Shown: positions 40,526-51,067 of the stretch, in pieces | Layout: each line of letters starts with the position of its first letter | Numbering within the stretch: the stretch's first letter is position 1 | Source: Candidatus Iainarchaeum sp. | GTDB taxonomy: Archaea > Iainarchaeota > Iainarchaeia > Iainarchaeales > CSSED10-239 | Assembly (NCBI GenBank): GCA_028700115.1 | Contig: JAQVTI010000003.1 | Coordinates: forward strand, 2,714-66,713 | Direction: 5' to 3' | Length of the DNA: 64,000 nt | Notes under the pieces: generated by a model | What the model saw: the letters and a program-made list of their open reading frames with translations, nothing else | What the model was told of the DNA's origin: nothing | Databases searched by the model: none | Program-made: the position numbers and the translations under genes

Positions 40526-42575
40526 TTTTTTCTGTTTCCATTTTTTCTTTTCTTTTTTTTAAATATTCTTCTTTACTTTTACATTTTGGATTTAAACACA
40601 TTTCTATATCTGAGTTTCTTTTACCTATAATTAAAACAATTGGTTCATTACATATTTCACATATTTTTCCTGTTGCTTTAATATTTTTTTTCTGAGGTAA
40701 AGGATAAGTATTTCTACATGATGGAAATCCAGTACAGGCAACAAATTGTTTTCCTGTTTTTCCATATCTAATTATCAAATCTTTTCCACATTTAGGGCAT
40801 TTTCCAATATAATTTGTTTGGTTTATTCCCCCTTTTAGTTCTTTTGAAATATTTTCTTTTTCATCTAATAAAACTTTAACTACTTTATGTAATATATTTC
40901 TATTTTCATTTACAACTTCTTCTTTTTCTTTTTTTCCTGTTGCAATTTTTTCCATTTCTTCTTCTGTGTCTGCAGTTAATTTTGGTTTTGTAATTATATT
41001 TGCATGTTTATTTAAAACAGAGCATACAGATATTGCAATTTCTGTAGGGTCTACTGTTTTTTTTCCTTCAATATAATTTCTATCTCTTAATTTTTGAATT
41101 ATTGCTGGTCTTGTTGATTTTGTTCCTAAATTTTGGTCTTCCATTAATTTGATTAAACCTCCTTCTGTATATCTTGATGGGGGCATTGTTTCTTTTTCAT
41201 CAATATTTATTTTTTCAATATTTATTTGTTCTCCTTTTTCTAAGTTTGGTAATATTATTTCATTTAGTTTAGAAAAAGTATATATTGTTTTCCAACCTGG
41301 TTCTAGTATAGTTTGTCCATTAACAATAAATGGCTCTTTTTTTATTTCAATTATTGCAGATATATTTTCTGTTTTTGCATCTATTGATAATGTTGCCATA
41401 AATCTTCTTGCAATTAAATCATATATTTTTCTTTCAGGTCCAGATAAATCTGGTGCAAATTCAACTGGATGTATTGGAGGGTGGTCTGTTGTTTTTTTAT
41501 TTCCTTTTGATGGATTTAATGGTTTTTTAAGAATTTCTTCTACAAATTTATAATATTCTTTAAATAATTTTAATTTTCCAAGTATTTCTTTTAAATTTAA
41601 ACTTTCAGGATAAACTGTATTATCAGTTCTAGGATAACTAATAAATCCATTTTGATATAAATTTTCTGCAATAGACATTGCTTTATTAGTACTTATTCCA
41701 ATAGCACTTGCAGCTCTAAGAAAAGAAGTTGTATTAAATGGTTCAGGTCTTTTAATAATTTTATTATTTTTACTTATTTTTGTAACAATTCCTTGTTTTT
41801 CTTTTTTTATATTTTCAAATATTAAATTTGCTTTTTCTAAGTCAAAAATTTTATTTTCTTTATATAATCCTTCAAATAAGTTTTTTCTTTTTTCAAAAAT
41901 AGCATTTATAACTTTATATTTTTCTTTTTTAAATTTTTGTCTATCTAATTCTCTTTCAACTATTAAGTTTAAAAGAGGTGTTTGTACTCTTCCTGCTGAT
42001 AAAAACATTTTTCCTTTTCTGTTTGCAACAATTGATAAATATCTTGTAAGTATTGCCCCCCAAAGTAAATCTATTTCTTGTCTTGCAAAAACAGAATTTG
42101 CATAATTAAAATCTAATTTTCTAAGATTTGAAAATGCGTCATTTACTTCCTTTTCTGTAAGTGCACTAAAATATGCTCTTTTTAAATTTGCATTTGGGTT
42201 TTTTAATTTTATATAATTATATGCTTCTAATCCAATTGCTTCTCCTTCCCTATCTGCATCTGTTGCAATTATTATTTCTGTTAATTCTTTTCTTTCTTTT
42301 TTTAAGATATTTATTATTTTTTTTTCAACTTCTTTATATAAAAATTTTTTATCTGCAAGTAAATCAAGAGTATATAAACTCCAAAATTTATCTCCATCTA
42401 TGAAATCAACTGTATTGATATGTCCTCTAAGTGGAACTAACAGAATTTTTTCATTTTTTTCTTTAAAGAAAAAGCAATTTATTCCATTTTCATTTAAAGT
42501 TTCAAAATTATTTTTTGAAAGAATTTGTACAATTTTTTTTCCAGCAATAGCTTTTTCAGAAATAATTAATTTCAT
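40509..42575 (-). CDS. topA: Type IA DNA topoisomerase
   Basis: N-terminal Toprim domain (MKLIISEK..., TDADREGE), active-site SYPRTDN and two C-terminal Cys4 zinc ribbons (CPKCGK..., CEICN...). Confidence 0.9.
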   Translation of the reverse strand: MKLIISEKAIAGKKIVQILSKNNFETLNENGINCFFFKEKNEKILLVPLRGHINTVDFIDGDKFWSLYTLDLLADKKFLYKEVEKKIINILKKERKELTEIIIATDADREGEAIGLEAYNYIKLKNPNANLKRAYFSALTEKEVNDAFSNLRKLDFNYANSVFARQEIDLLWGAILTRYLSIVANRKGKMFLSAGRVQTPLLNLIVERELDRQKFKKEKYKVINAIFEKRKNLFEGLYKENKIFDLEKANLIFENIKKEKQGIVTKISKNNKIIKRPEPFNTTSFLRAASAIGISTNKAMSIAENLYQNGFISYPRTDNTVYPESLNLKEILGKLKLFKEYYKFVEEILKKPLNPSKGNKKTTDHPPIHPVEFAPDLSGPERKIYDLIARRFMATLSIDAKTENISAIIEIKKEPFIVNGQTILEPGWKTIYTFSKLNEIILPNLEKGEQINIEKINIDEKETMPPSRYTEGGLIKLMEDQNLGTKSTRPAIIQKLRDRNYIEGKKTVDPTEIAISVCSVLNKHANIITKPKLTADTEEEMEKIATGKKEKEEVVNENRNILHKVVKVLLDEKENISKELKGGINQTNYIGKCPKCGKDLIIRYGKTGKQFVACTGFPSCRNTYPLPQKKNIKATGKICEICNEPIVLIIGKRNSDIEMCLNPKCKSKEEYLKKRKEKMETEKNESKK

Positions 42576-42597
42576 TTTTAAAACAACCTTTATATTC

Positions 42598-43068
42598 TTA
42601 GAAAGTAGTTTGTATTATTTTTCCAGGTAAATTTTTACTTTTTTTTTGTTCTTTTATTTCTGTAAGTGTATTTATTTTTATAATTCCATCTATTGAAAAA
42701 ATATTATCTAATACTTTTTTTAAATCTGCTTTGTCTTCTGCAATTATTTTTGCAATATAATTATATTCTCCAGTTACTTCTATAAGTTTTATAACATCAT
42801 CATTTTCTTTTAATTTTTTTAAAATTTCTTTTTGTTTAGGAGGGTCTACGCATATTAATAAATCTACTATTTCTAAAAAACCTATTATTGAATAGTCTAT
42901 TTCTGCATATATAGATTTAATTATTCCTTTTTGTTTTAATCTTTCTAATCTTTTTTTAATAGCCACATCTGTGAGATTTATATCTTTTGCAATATTTGCA
43001 AATGAGGTTCTTCCATCTATTATTAATTTTTCAATAATATGTTTGTCAATTTTATCTATAATTTGCAT
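42598..43068 (-). CDS. Lrp/AsnC-family transcriptional regulator
   Basis: HTH segment DKHIIEKLIIDGRTSFANIAKDINLTDVAIKKRLERLKQKGII plus a C-terminal RAM-like domain. Confidence 0.85.
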   Translation of the reverse strand: MQIIDKIDKHIIEKLIIDGRTSFANIAKDINLTDVAIKKRLERLKQKGIIKSIYAEIDYSIIGFLEIVDLLICVDPPKQKEILKKLKENDDVIKLIEVTGEYNYIAKIIAEDKADLKKVLDNIFSIDGIIKINTLTEIKEQKKSKNLPGKIIQTTF

Positions 43069-43074
43069 ATCTTT

Positions 43075-43815
43075 TCACATCTTATATTTTTTTATTTTTT
43101 TAAATTGATGTTTTGGTTTTAATAATTTATATTTATTTAAATATATTTCTGTTTTTAAAATTTCTATAAATGGAATTACAAATAAAACAAAGTATGCAGT
43201 AGATATAATAATCCCTAATATTTCTTTAAATAATGCATCTAATATATTTGCAATTAATATTAATATAAATGATGTTAAAAAAAGTGTAATTAAATGTTGC
43301 CAATTATTTTTCCAATAAATTATGCTGTAATACATAGCAATTGGTGTTTTTTCTTTTTGTATAATTATTATTTGAGGTACAAACCATAAACTTATTGTAA
43401 TTATTAAAAATAATATATTTATAATTATATTATTTAATAAATTTAAATCATATAATACTACTGAAATTCCATATATTAATAAAAATAAGATCCAATTAAA
43501 TTTTAAAAGTTTATAAAATGGATCTTTTATTTCATTAAATTTAATATTTTCAGAAATATTATAATCTTTTCCAATTTTATAAATTATCATTGTTTGTATT
43601 AATGAATATATAAATATTAAAATTAATACTGCAATTATTCCAAAAATAATACTAAATATATCTATATTCAGAATATTGTAACTAATATTTAAAGTTCCTC
43701 CAAATAGAGAAAAAATTGGGTTTATTAAAAATAATATAAATATAAATAAAACTCCAAAAAGTAAACTTATTTTTAAATTTTCAAAATATTTTTTAAAGCT
43801 TAAATTTATATCCAT
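43075..43815 (-). CDS. Polytopic membrane protein, hypothetical
   Basis: 246 aa with multiple TM helices. I recognise no family. Confidence 0.45.
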   Translation of the reverse strand: MDINLSFKKYFENLKISLLFGVLFIFILFLINPIFSLFGGTLNISYNILNIDIFSIIFGIIAVLILIFIYSLIQTMIIYKIGKDYNISENIKFNEIKDPFYKLLKFNWILFLLIYGISVVLYDLNLLNNIIINILFLIITISLWFVPQIIIIQKEKTPIAMYYSIIYWKNNWQHLITLFLTSFILILIANILDALFKEILGIIISTAYFVLFVIPFIEILKTEIYLNKYKLLKPKHQFKKIKKYKM

Positions 43816-43912
43816 AAAAAATTCTCTTTATTTTATTTTATATATTATATTTATATATACAAAATTATTTAAATACCTAACATTATCCTTAAATATAATT
43901 AGTTTTAATAAC

Positions 43913-45124
43913 TTAAGCTATTAAATAGTATGTAGAACAATTTTTAATTTTTAATTTTTTCATTTTATATAATGTACATTTATTTTTTGTAACTACTGTT
44001 ATATAGTTATTAGTTCTTCCAGTAAATGTATTGTTTTTCCCTTTTTGGTTAATAAATACATCTAATGTTTTTCCAATATATTTTTTGTTTTCTTCATATA
44101 CTATTTTTTCACAAATTTTTGTGATTTCTCTAGATCTTTGTTTTTTTATATTTCCTTTTAAATCTACATATTTATTTGCTTCAATATTTTTTCTTTGTCC
44201 AAATCTAGATATGTTTATTATTTTAGGTTTTATTTTTTTAATAAATTTTAATGTATCTATAAATTGATCATTATCTTCTGTAGGGTACCCTACAATTATA
44301 TCTGTTGCAATTGTAATATCTGGTATTTCTTTTCTAAATTCTTGTATAATGTATTCAACTTCTTCAATTGTATAATATCTATTCATTTCTTTTAGTACTT
44401 TATTATTTCCACTTTGAATAGGTATGTGTAAAAATTTATATATTTTTTCATTTTTATAAATTTGAATTAATTCTTTTAAAAATAGTTTTATATATTGTGG
44501 ATTTCCCATCCCATTTCTAATTTTAAATTCTTTTTTTATTTTTGTAATTTCTTTTAATAATTCTACAATATTTGTATTTATATCAAAACCATAACATGCA
44601 TTATCTTGGGATGTTAATAATATTTCCTTAGCCCCATTTTTTAATGCACTGTTTATTTCTTTTAAAATTTTATTAATTGGTTTGCTTTTTAGTTTTCCTC
44701 TTGCAAATTTTACTGCACAATATGCACAATTTCCAAGGCATCCATTTGATATTATAATTATTTCTGTTTTTTTTTGTTTTGTTTTTATTTTTTTTACAGT
44801 TCTTATTTCTTTTTGTAATTTTTTAATTTCTTTTACTTTAAAATATTTTGCATTTGGTAAAACTTCTTTTATTGATAAGATATCTATATCTACAAGACAT
44901 CCACAAACATATATATTTTTTTCAGAAACTTTTTTTTTTATTTTTTTTAAAAAATTTATAATTTTTGTTTGTGTTTGTTCTTTTACTCCACATGTATTTA
45001 CTATTAATTTATCTTTTTTAGTAATATTTTCTATTTTTGTTTCTATTGCTATGTTTTTTGTGATTTCTTCACTATCTTTTTGGTTTAATGTACATCCAAA
45101 TGTTTTTATAAATATTTTTTGCAT
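43913..45124 (-). CDS. Radical SAM methylthiotransferase (MiaB/MtaB/CDKAL1 family)
   Basis: N-terminal TFGCTLNQ (UPF0004 domain), radical SAM motif CLGNCAYC and a C-terminal TRAM-like segment. The start is set at ATG 45124 (MQKIFIKTFGC). The ORF track starts at 45154. Confidence 0.85.
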   Translation of the reverse strand: MQKIFIKTFGCTLNQKDSEEITKNIAIETKIENITKKDKLIVNTCGVKEQTQTKIINFLKKIKKKVSEKNIYVCGCLVDIDILSIKEVLPNAKYFKVKEIKKLQKEIRTVKKIKTKQKKTEIIIISNGCLGNCAYCAVKFARGKLKSKPINKILKEINSALKNGAKEILLTSQDNACYGFDINTNIVELLKEITKIKKEFKIRNGMGNPQYIKLFLKELIQIYKNEKIYKFLHIPIQSGNNKVLKEMNRYYTIEEVEYIIQEFRKEIPDITIATDIIVGYPTEDNDQFIDTLKFIKKIKPKIINISRFGQRKNIEANKYVDLKGNIKKQRSREITKICEKIVYEENKKYIGKTLDVFINQKGKNNTFTGRTNNYITVVTKNKCTLYKMKKLKIKNCSTYYLIA

Positions 45125-45131
45125 ATTATCT

Positions 45132-45518
45132 TTATTTATTTGAAAGTATCCCAAATATTCCTGAAATGATTAATTCTAAATATGCTGAATCTAAGAGTAT
45201 TTTAAAAAAAGGGTATTTTATAGGCATATTATTTAATATTTTTAAACTATTCCAATAAAAGAAAAATGTTGCAATTAAAAAACATAATATACCAATTATA
45301 AAAAATATTATTGAAAAATAATATTTGTTTTTTAGATTTATATATTTCATTATAGTGGGTGTTAAATAATACATCCCCCCAAATCCTACAATTGGTAGAA
45401 GTATGTACATTGGAGATGTGAAAAAATTAGTCGGAGATAATATTTTTATTAATATTTGTGAAAATGCATATGATATTATAAATATTATAATTAATTTTAA
45501 ATTTATTTTTTTATTCAT
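45132..45518 (-). CDS. Small membrane protein, hypothetical
   Basis: 128 aa with 4 predicted TM helices. Confidence 0.4.
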   Translation of the reverse strand: MNKKINLKLIIIFIISYAFSQILIKILSPTNFFTSPMYILLPIVGFGGMYYLTPTIMKYINLKNKYYFSIIFFIIGILCFLIATFFFYWNSLKILNNMPIKYPFFKILLDSAYLELIISGIFGILSNK

Positions 45519-45631
45519 GATAATTCCTCAAACAAAATCTATAAATATTAGTTTGTGAAAAGAAATATAAATATATTGGGTTATTATTAAAATATAAATA
45601 TTTAAAATATATTATATAATGTGATTTTTTT

Positions 45632-46612
45632 ATGTCAATTCAAGATACTTTTCCTTGGACTGAAAAATATAGACCCAAGATTTTAGATAATGTTATAGGT
45701 CAAAAACATATTCTTCCAAGATTAAAAAGTTATGTTTCTAAAAAAACACTTCCAAATATGCTTTTTGCAGGTCCTCCTGGTGTTGGAAAAACTTGTTGTG
45801 CTATTGCTATTGCTAGAGAAATTTTTGGAAATACTTTTAATCAAGATTTTTTAGAATTAAATGCTTCTGATGAAAGAGGAATTAATGTTGTTAGAGGCGC
45901 TATTAAAGATTTTTCTAGAACATTACCATTAGGTGCAAATTTTAAAATTATTTTTTTAGATGAAGCTGATGCATTAACTACAGATGCTCAGCAAGCTTTA
46001 AGAAGGACTATGGAAAAATATACTGGAACTGTTAGATTTATTTTAAATGCAAATTATTCTTCAAAACTGATTTCACCAATTCAAAGTAGATGTTCTTTAT
46101 TTAAATTTAGGCCTCTTTTAAAAGAAGATATTTTAGAAGGTTTAAATAAAATTATAATTTCAGAAAATTTAGATATGTCTTCAGAAGCAAAGGATGCTTT
46201 GTTTGATGTTTGCGAAGGAGATATGAGAACTGCTACTAATTATCTTCAAGCTGCAAGTTCTGTTGACAAAAAAATTTCAGTTGAAACAATTTATGAAGTT
46301 TCAAATTCTGCTCAACCAAAAGATGTAATTACAATGATTGAAAAATGTCTTAATGGTAATTTTTTAGAAGCTCGTAAATTTTTAGAAAATATGATTTTTG
46401 AGCAAGGTCTTTCTGGTGAAGATATAATTAATCAAATTTATAAAAAATTAATTAGTATGTCTGAAGATAAAATTGATATTTCTACTAAAATACAAATTAT
46501 TGATAAAATTGCAGAAATTAATTTTAGATTAGTTGAAGGGGCCAATGATCGTATACAATTAGAAGCATTACTTGCACAAATTATATTTATTGCTTCAAAA
46601 AAAGGTGATTAA
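45632..46612 (+). CDS. rfcS: Replication factor C small subunit
   Basis: PWTEKYRP, GPPGVGKT, DEADALT and SRC motifs appear in RFC order. Confidence 0.93.
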   Translation: MSIQDTFPWTEKYRPKILDNVIGQKHILPRLKSYVSKKTLPNMLFAGPPGVGKTCCAIAIAREIFGNTFNQDFLELNASDERGINVVRGAIKDFSRTLPLGANFKIIFLDEADALTTDAQQALRRTMEKYTGTVRFILNANYSSKLISPIQSRCSLFKFRPLLKEDILEGLNKIIISENLDMSSEAKDALFDVCEGDMRTATNYLQAASSVDKKISVETIYEVSNSAQPKDVITMIEKCLNGNFLEARKFLENMIFEQGLSGEDIINQIYKKLISMSEDKIDISTKIQIIDKIAEINFRLVEGANDRIQLEALLAQIIFIASKKGD

Positions 46613-46614
46613 TT

Positions 46615-48555
46615 TTGGTAAATAAATCTTATTTAGATAATTTGATAAATAAATATAAATCTTCAAAAGATTCTTTAAAGGAAAATAATCTTGAAAATAG
46701 TTCTTCTATACATATTAATGATAATTTAAATAATTCAGATTCAAATGAAAATTTAAAAGATTCAAAAGAAGTTTCTGAAAAATCTTTAAATCTTTATGGT
46801 AAAGAAAATTTAGATTCTTCAAATAGTAGTTATAGTAATCAGTTAGGTTCTTCTAATAATATTAAAGAAAAATATACTTCTATTGATAATCTAATTAAAG
46901 AGCATTCTGAAGATTTATTTAAAAATAAAACTGATTTAGATAAATTAGATTCATCAAATATTTTTTTAAAAGATGATAATATAATTACTTCAAAAGAAAA
47001 TTTAAAAGAAAATTCAAAAGAAAATTTAGATATTAATTCAAAAAAATATCCCCAAAATTCAAATGATTTTTCAGAAAAAAAAACCGATTTTGAAAATGAA
47101 TTAGAAAAAGAAACAAAGTCTCATTTAATTACAAAATATGGGGAAACTGAAATTTATAGATTAGATGGCCAAACAATGCTTCATTATAAAATTCCTGTTC
47201 CAAAAGCAAATCCTTCTCAAAAGATGATAATAAATACTTTAAAGGAAGCAACTACAAGAATTATTTCTACAGATCCTTATAAAATTAGAGATCCTTTACA
47301 AAGAAGAAATATTTATTATCAAAAAGTTATAGATATTTTAGAAAATGCCTCTGAGATTAATATTCCGAAGCATTTATTTTCTTTTTATGCAGATTCTGTT
47401 GTAAAAGAAATGACAGGTTATGGTGTTTTAGAGTCATTATTAAATGATGATAAGTTAGAAGAAATTATGGTTGTTGGTCCAAATAAGCCTGTTTATGTTT
47501 ATCATGTAGATTATGGGATGATGACTACAAACATTACTTTTTATTCAGATAATAGTATTTTAGAAATTATTGATAAAATTTCTAGAACTATTGGAAGACA
47601 AGTAGATATTTCTACACCTTTATTAGATGCAAGATTACCAGATGGTTCTAGAGTTAATGCAACTATTCCACCTGCATCTCTTGATGGTTCTACTATTACA
47701 ATTAGAAAATTTAGAGAAGACCCTTACACTATTACAGATCTTGTAAAAATGAAAACTGTTAATTTGGAAGTTGCTGGTTTTTTATGGTGTGTAGTAGATG
47801 GATTTGGAGCAAAACCTTCTAATATTTTAATTTCTGGAGGTACTGGTTCAGGAAAAACAACTACTTTAAATGTTTTAGCAAATTTTATTCCAGAGTCTGA
47901 TAGAGTATTAACTATTGAAGATACTGCAGAATTACAACTTCCTATTAAGCATGTTGTAAGATTTGAAGGAAGACCCCCAGGTCTAGAAGGAAAAGGTGAA
48001 TTAAGTTTAGAAATTCTTACAAAAAATACTTTAAGAATGAGACCTGATAGAATAATTGTTGGTGAAATAAGACATAAAGAAGCAAGTACTTTATTTACTG
48101 CTATGAATACAGGTCATGATGGTTGTATGGGTACAATTCATGCTAATTCTGCAAAAGAAACTTTAGTTAGAATTACTTCTCCTCCAATGAATGTTCCTCC
48201 ATTAATGCTTGCTGGTATTGATTTTATAATTATTCAAAAAAGATTAAGAACAGTAAAAGGACAAGTAAGAAGAATAACTTCAATTGCTGAGGTTACAGGT
48301 GTTTTAGAAAATAAACCTGCTGTAAATATTATTTTTAAATGGAATCCTGAAAGTGATGTTTTAGAAAGAACTGAAAATCCTATTTATTATTTTGAAATTA
48401 TAAAAACTTATACTAATTTGTCAGATTCTCAAATTAAACAAAAAATTGAAAAAAGAATAAACATTTTAAAAGGTTTAGTTAATAATAACATTAGAGATTT
48501 AAAAAATGTTTCAAATATTATACAAGAAGAATATATTAGAGCTTTTTCTTCTTAA
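46615..48555 (+). CDS. Type IV pilus / archaellum-family secretion ATPase (FlaI/TadA/VirB11-like) with a long N-terminal low-complexity extension
   Basis: Walker A GGTGSGKTTT, Walker B/Asp box DRIIVGEIR and His box GHDGCMGTIHAN. About 186 S/N/K/D-rich residues precede the first internal Met. The frame opens at TTG 46615, 2 nt after the rfcS stop. Confidence 0.85.
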   Translation: MVNKSYLDNLINKYKSSKDSLKENNLENSSSIHINDNLNNSDSNENLKDSKEVSEKSLNLYGKENLDSSNSSYSNQLGSSNNIKEKYTSIDNLIKEHSEDLFKNKTDLDKLDSSNIFLKDDNIITSKENLKENSKENLDINSKKYPQNSNDFSEKKTDFENELEKETKSHLITKYGETEIYRLDGQTMLHYKIPVPKANPSQKMIINTLKEATTRIISTDPYKIRDPLQRRNIYYQKVIDILENASEINIPKHLFSFYADSVVKEMTGYGVLESLLNDDKLEEIMVVGPNKPVYVYHVDYGMMTTNITFYSDNSILEIIDKISRTIGRQVDISTPLLDARLPDGSRVNATIPPASLDGSTITIRKFREDPYTITDLVKMKTVNLEVAGFLWCVVDGFGAKPSNILISGGTGSGKTTTLNVLANFIPESDRVLTIEDTAELQLPIKHVVRFEGRPPGLEGKGELSLEILTKNTLRMRPDRIIVGEIRHKEASTLFTAMNTGHDGCMGTIHANSAKETLVRITSPPMNVPPLMLAGIDFIIIQKRLRTVKGQVRRITSIAEVTGVLENKPAVNIIFKWNPESDVLERTENPIYYFEIIKTYTNLSDSQIKQKIEKRINILKGLVNNNIRDLKNVSNIIQEEYIRAFSS

Positions 48556-48587
48556 ATAAATTTATTTATATTTGTATGTGAAAATAT

Positions 48588-49724
48588 ATGCCAGAAGAAA
48601 AATTAGATAATTTAAAAAAATCCACAAAAGATGTAAATTTAGATATAGATATGGATGCTGTTCAAAGTATTGTATCTAAAATGAAAAATAAATCTGAATA
48701 TAAAGTTAAAGGTGATGGTTTATCTGAAGGGCATTTAAAAGAATTAAGGGCTATTATTTCTGAAGGTAAAGTTTCTAGTTTAGATGTTGATGCAGAAAAA
48801 AAGCTTTCTGCAAATACAGATTCTGATTTGGAAAAAAGTATTGCAAAATATTATAAATTTTTTAAAGGATTAATTGATAAAATAGTTTTGATGATTGTAA
48901 GAAGTAAATCTGCACAAAAAGTTTCATATTATTTGACTTCTGCAAATTCATCTAAAACTTTAGTTCAGCATTTAGTTATTTCTATTCTTTTTGCTTTATT
49001 TTTAGATATTTTTATGTCTATTATTGTTTTAATTATATTACTTTTAATAAATCCAGTTATTGCAGCAATTATTTTACCAATTAGTTTAATTGTATTTTTA
49101 TTTTTCTTTATATTTATTTTAGTTTATTTGTTACCTAAACAAAAAGCTAAAGTTAGAGGTAAATTGATAGATATAGATTTGCCTTTTGCCTTAAGACATA
49201 TTGCAACAGAAGTTTCTGCAGGTCTAGGTTTGTATAAAGTTTTACAGTCTGTTGGTAAAAATGATTATGGTGTTTTATCAGAAGAAATTAACCGAACTAT
49301 TTTAGAAATTGAAAATGGTACTGATACAAAAACTGCCCTAAGGCATACTGCTTTAAGAAGCCAATCTAAAAATTTTAATGTTGCATTATTTCATATTATA
49401 AGAACATTAAATACAGGTGGAAATCTTGCAAATACCATTAATGGTGTTGCAGATACAGTTTCTTTTGATTTAATGGAAGATGCAAAAGTTTTTGGTGAAA
49501 AAATGAATTTCTTTGGAGTAATTTTTATATTTATTGCAATTGTTCTTCCTGTTTTTGTTGCTATTTTAGGTGGTATTGCAAATGCTCCTTTAGGTCAAGA
49601 TGGGGCTTTATTTTTACCAGGAGTTATGACTCCTTCAACTATGTCTGCAATTTTTGGAATTATTCTTCCTGTAATTTTTATATTTTTATTATATTATATT
49701 AAAATAATTTCTCCAAAGGTGTAA
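48588..49724 (+). CDS. Pilus platform membrane protein, T2SSF/TadB-TadC/FlaJ family (first of two)
   Basis: T2SSF-type cytoplasmic domain (LPFALRHIATEVSAGLGLYKVLQSV...ALRHTALR...TGGNLANTINGVADTV) flanked by TM helices. Confidence 0.8.
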   Translation: MPEEKLDNLKKSTKDVNLDIDMDAVQSIVSKMKNKSEYKVKGDGLSEGHLKELRAIISEGKVSSLDVDAEKKLSANTDSDLEKSIAKYYKFFKGLIDKIVLMIVRSKSAQKVSYYLTSANSSKTLVQHLVISILFALFLDIFMSIIVLIILLLINPVIAAIILPISLIVFLFFFIFILVYLLPKQKAKVRGKLIDIDLPFALRHIATEVSAGLGLYKVLQSVGKNDYGVLSEEINRTILEIENGTDTKTALRHTALRSQSKNFNVALFHIIRTLNTGGNLANTINGVADTVSFDLMEDAKVFGEKMNFFGVIFIFIAIVLPVFVAILGGIANAPLGQDGALFLPGVMTPSTMSAIFGIILPVIFIFLLYYIKIISPKV

Positions 49725-49726
49725 TT

Positions 49727-50638
49727 GTGATTATAAAATTTTTTGAAAAATGGTTAGATAGATATCAAATTTATTTATATGCTTTAAAGATAAAAATACC
49801 TGTGAATTATTGGATTTTGGGGATGGTATTTTTATCTTTATTGTTAGGTATTTTGGGTTATTTTATAGATTTAAAAATTGGATTAATTCTTTTTGTTTTA
49901 ATTTTAGATTTAGGTATTGGTATACCTATATATTTATATAATAAACATATTAAAAATATTGAAAAAGATTGGCCAAGTGCATTAAAGTTAATTGCAGATA
50001 CTATGAAAGCAGGTTCTTCTTTTGAATATGCTTTAAGAGAAGTTTCTACTTCTGATTTTGGAGAACTTTCTTTTGAAGTTAATGAAATGATTAGAAGATT
50101 AGAAATGGGAGATTCTATGCAATCTGCATTAGAGCATTTATCTATAAGAATAGAATCTAGAACAGTTAGAAGAACAGTTACTTTAATTAAAGAATCATTA
50201 AGAACTGGTGCTCAGCTTGCAGATGTTTTAGATGAAATTGCAAATGATACTAAATATATGTTTAGAATTAAAAAGGAAAGAATTACAAAAACTATGCTTC
50301 AAACAATATTTATTATTGCAGCAGGGGCTGTAATTGCACCTTTTATTTTTGGATTAACTAGAGTAATAACTGGTTTTTTAACAGAAGTGTCTACAAATGC
50401 AGGTATTGCTACAGAATCTGCTTTGGCTGTTGCTTTAAATTCTCAAGCAACAATTTATGTTCTTTTAGATATTTATATTGTTATTGAAATTATTGCTGCT
50501 TCTGCAATAATTAGTTTAATGAGAGAAAGTAATTTAAGTAATATTTATTTGTATTTTCCTATACTTTTAACAATTGGTTATATTGTATATATGATTTCTC
50601 AAAAAGTTTTGGGGTATATGCTTACAGGAATGATTTAG
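49727..50638 (+). CDS. Pilus platform membrane protein, T2SSF/TadB-TadC/FlaJ family (second of two)
   Basis: T2SSF-type domain (WPSALKLIADTMKAGSSFEYALREV...SALEHLS...TGAQLADVLDEIANDT). The GTG start lies 2 nt after the upstream stop. Confidence 0.8.
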   Translation: MIIKFFEKWLDRYQIYLYALKIKIPVNYWILGMVFLSLLLGILGYFIDLKIGLILFVLILDLGIGIPIYLYNKHIKNIEKDWPSALKLIADTMKAGSSFEYALREVSTSDFGELSFEVNEMIRRLEMGDSMQSALEHLSIRIESRTVRRTVTLIKESLRTGAQLADVLDEIANDTKYMFRIKKERITKTMLQTIFIIAAGAVIAPFIFGLTRVITGFLTEVSTNAGIATESALAVALNSQATIYVLLDIYIVIEIIAASAIISLMRESNLSNIYLYFPILLTIGYIVYMISQKVLGYMLTGMI

Positions 50639-50711
50639 GTTTTTTTATTTATTTCTGTTTTGTTTTTAATTAAATAGTTTTAAAAAAATAATTATAAAAA
50701 TAAGAGAATTT

Positions 50712-50897
50712 ATGGATTTAAAAAAATTAAATGTTTTAAAATTTTTAAAAGAAGAAAAAGCACAAGTTTCTGTAGAATTTTTAATAGTTTTAGGGCTTGT
50801 TATTTTAGTTGCATTATTAGTGGGTTTTTATGTAAAACAACTTTCTGGAAAGAAAGCTGGAGAAGCAAATGATTTAAAAAATCAAACATTTGAATGA
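50712..50897 (+). CDS. Small Flp-like prepilin (class III signal peptide)
   Basis: 61 aa. The segment KEEKA/QVSVEFLIVLGLVILVALLVGF has the [GA]/QxSxE[YF] motif plus a hydrophobic helix. Confidence 0.7.
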   Translation: MDLKKLNVLKFLKEEKAQVSVEFLIVLGLVILVALLVGFYVKQLSGKKAGEANDLKNQTFE

Positions 50898-51067
50898 TTT
50901 AAGGGTATTATTTTAGTTTGTTAATCTAAAAAGAAAGATATATAAAGATAATGATGTAATATTTTGTTAAAGTTTATTATAATTTATATAAACTTTAAAT
51001 TAAAATATTCTTTATAAAAGAATTTTTTTAAAATATTTTAAAAAAAAGATAAAAAGGTGTTATTAAA

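Noticed and set aside
51007-51029. Small hairpin ATTCTTT-ATA-AAGAAT followed by T6-7 upstream of the major pilin gene, considered as a terminator for the preceding small pilin gene.
   Set aside because: It has a 7-bp stem containing only one G:C pair and lies 110 nt after the upstream stop. It is too weak to call, so the region is treated as part of the pilin promoter.
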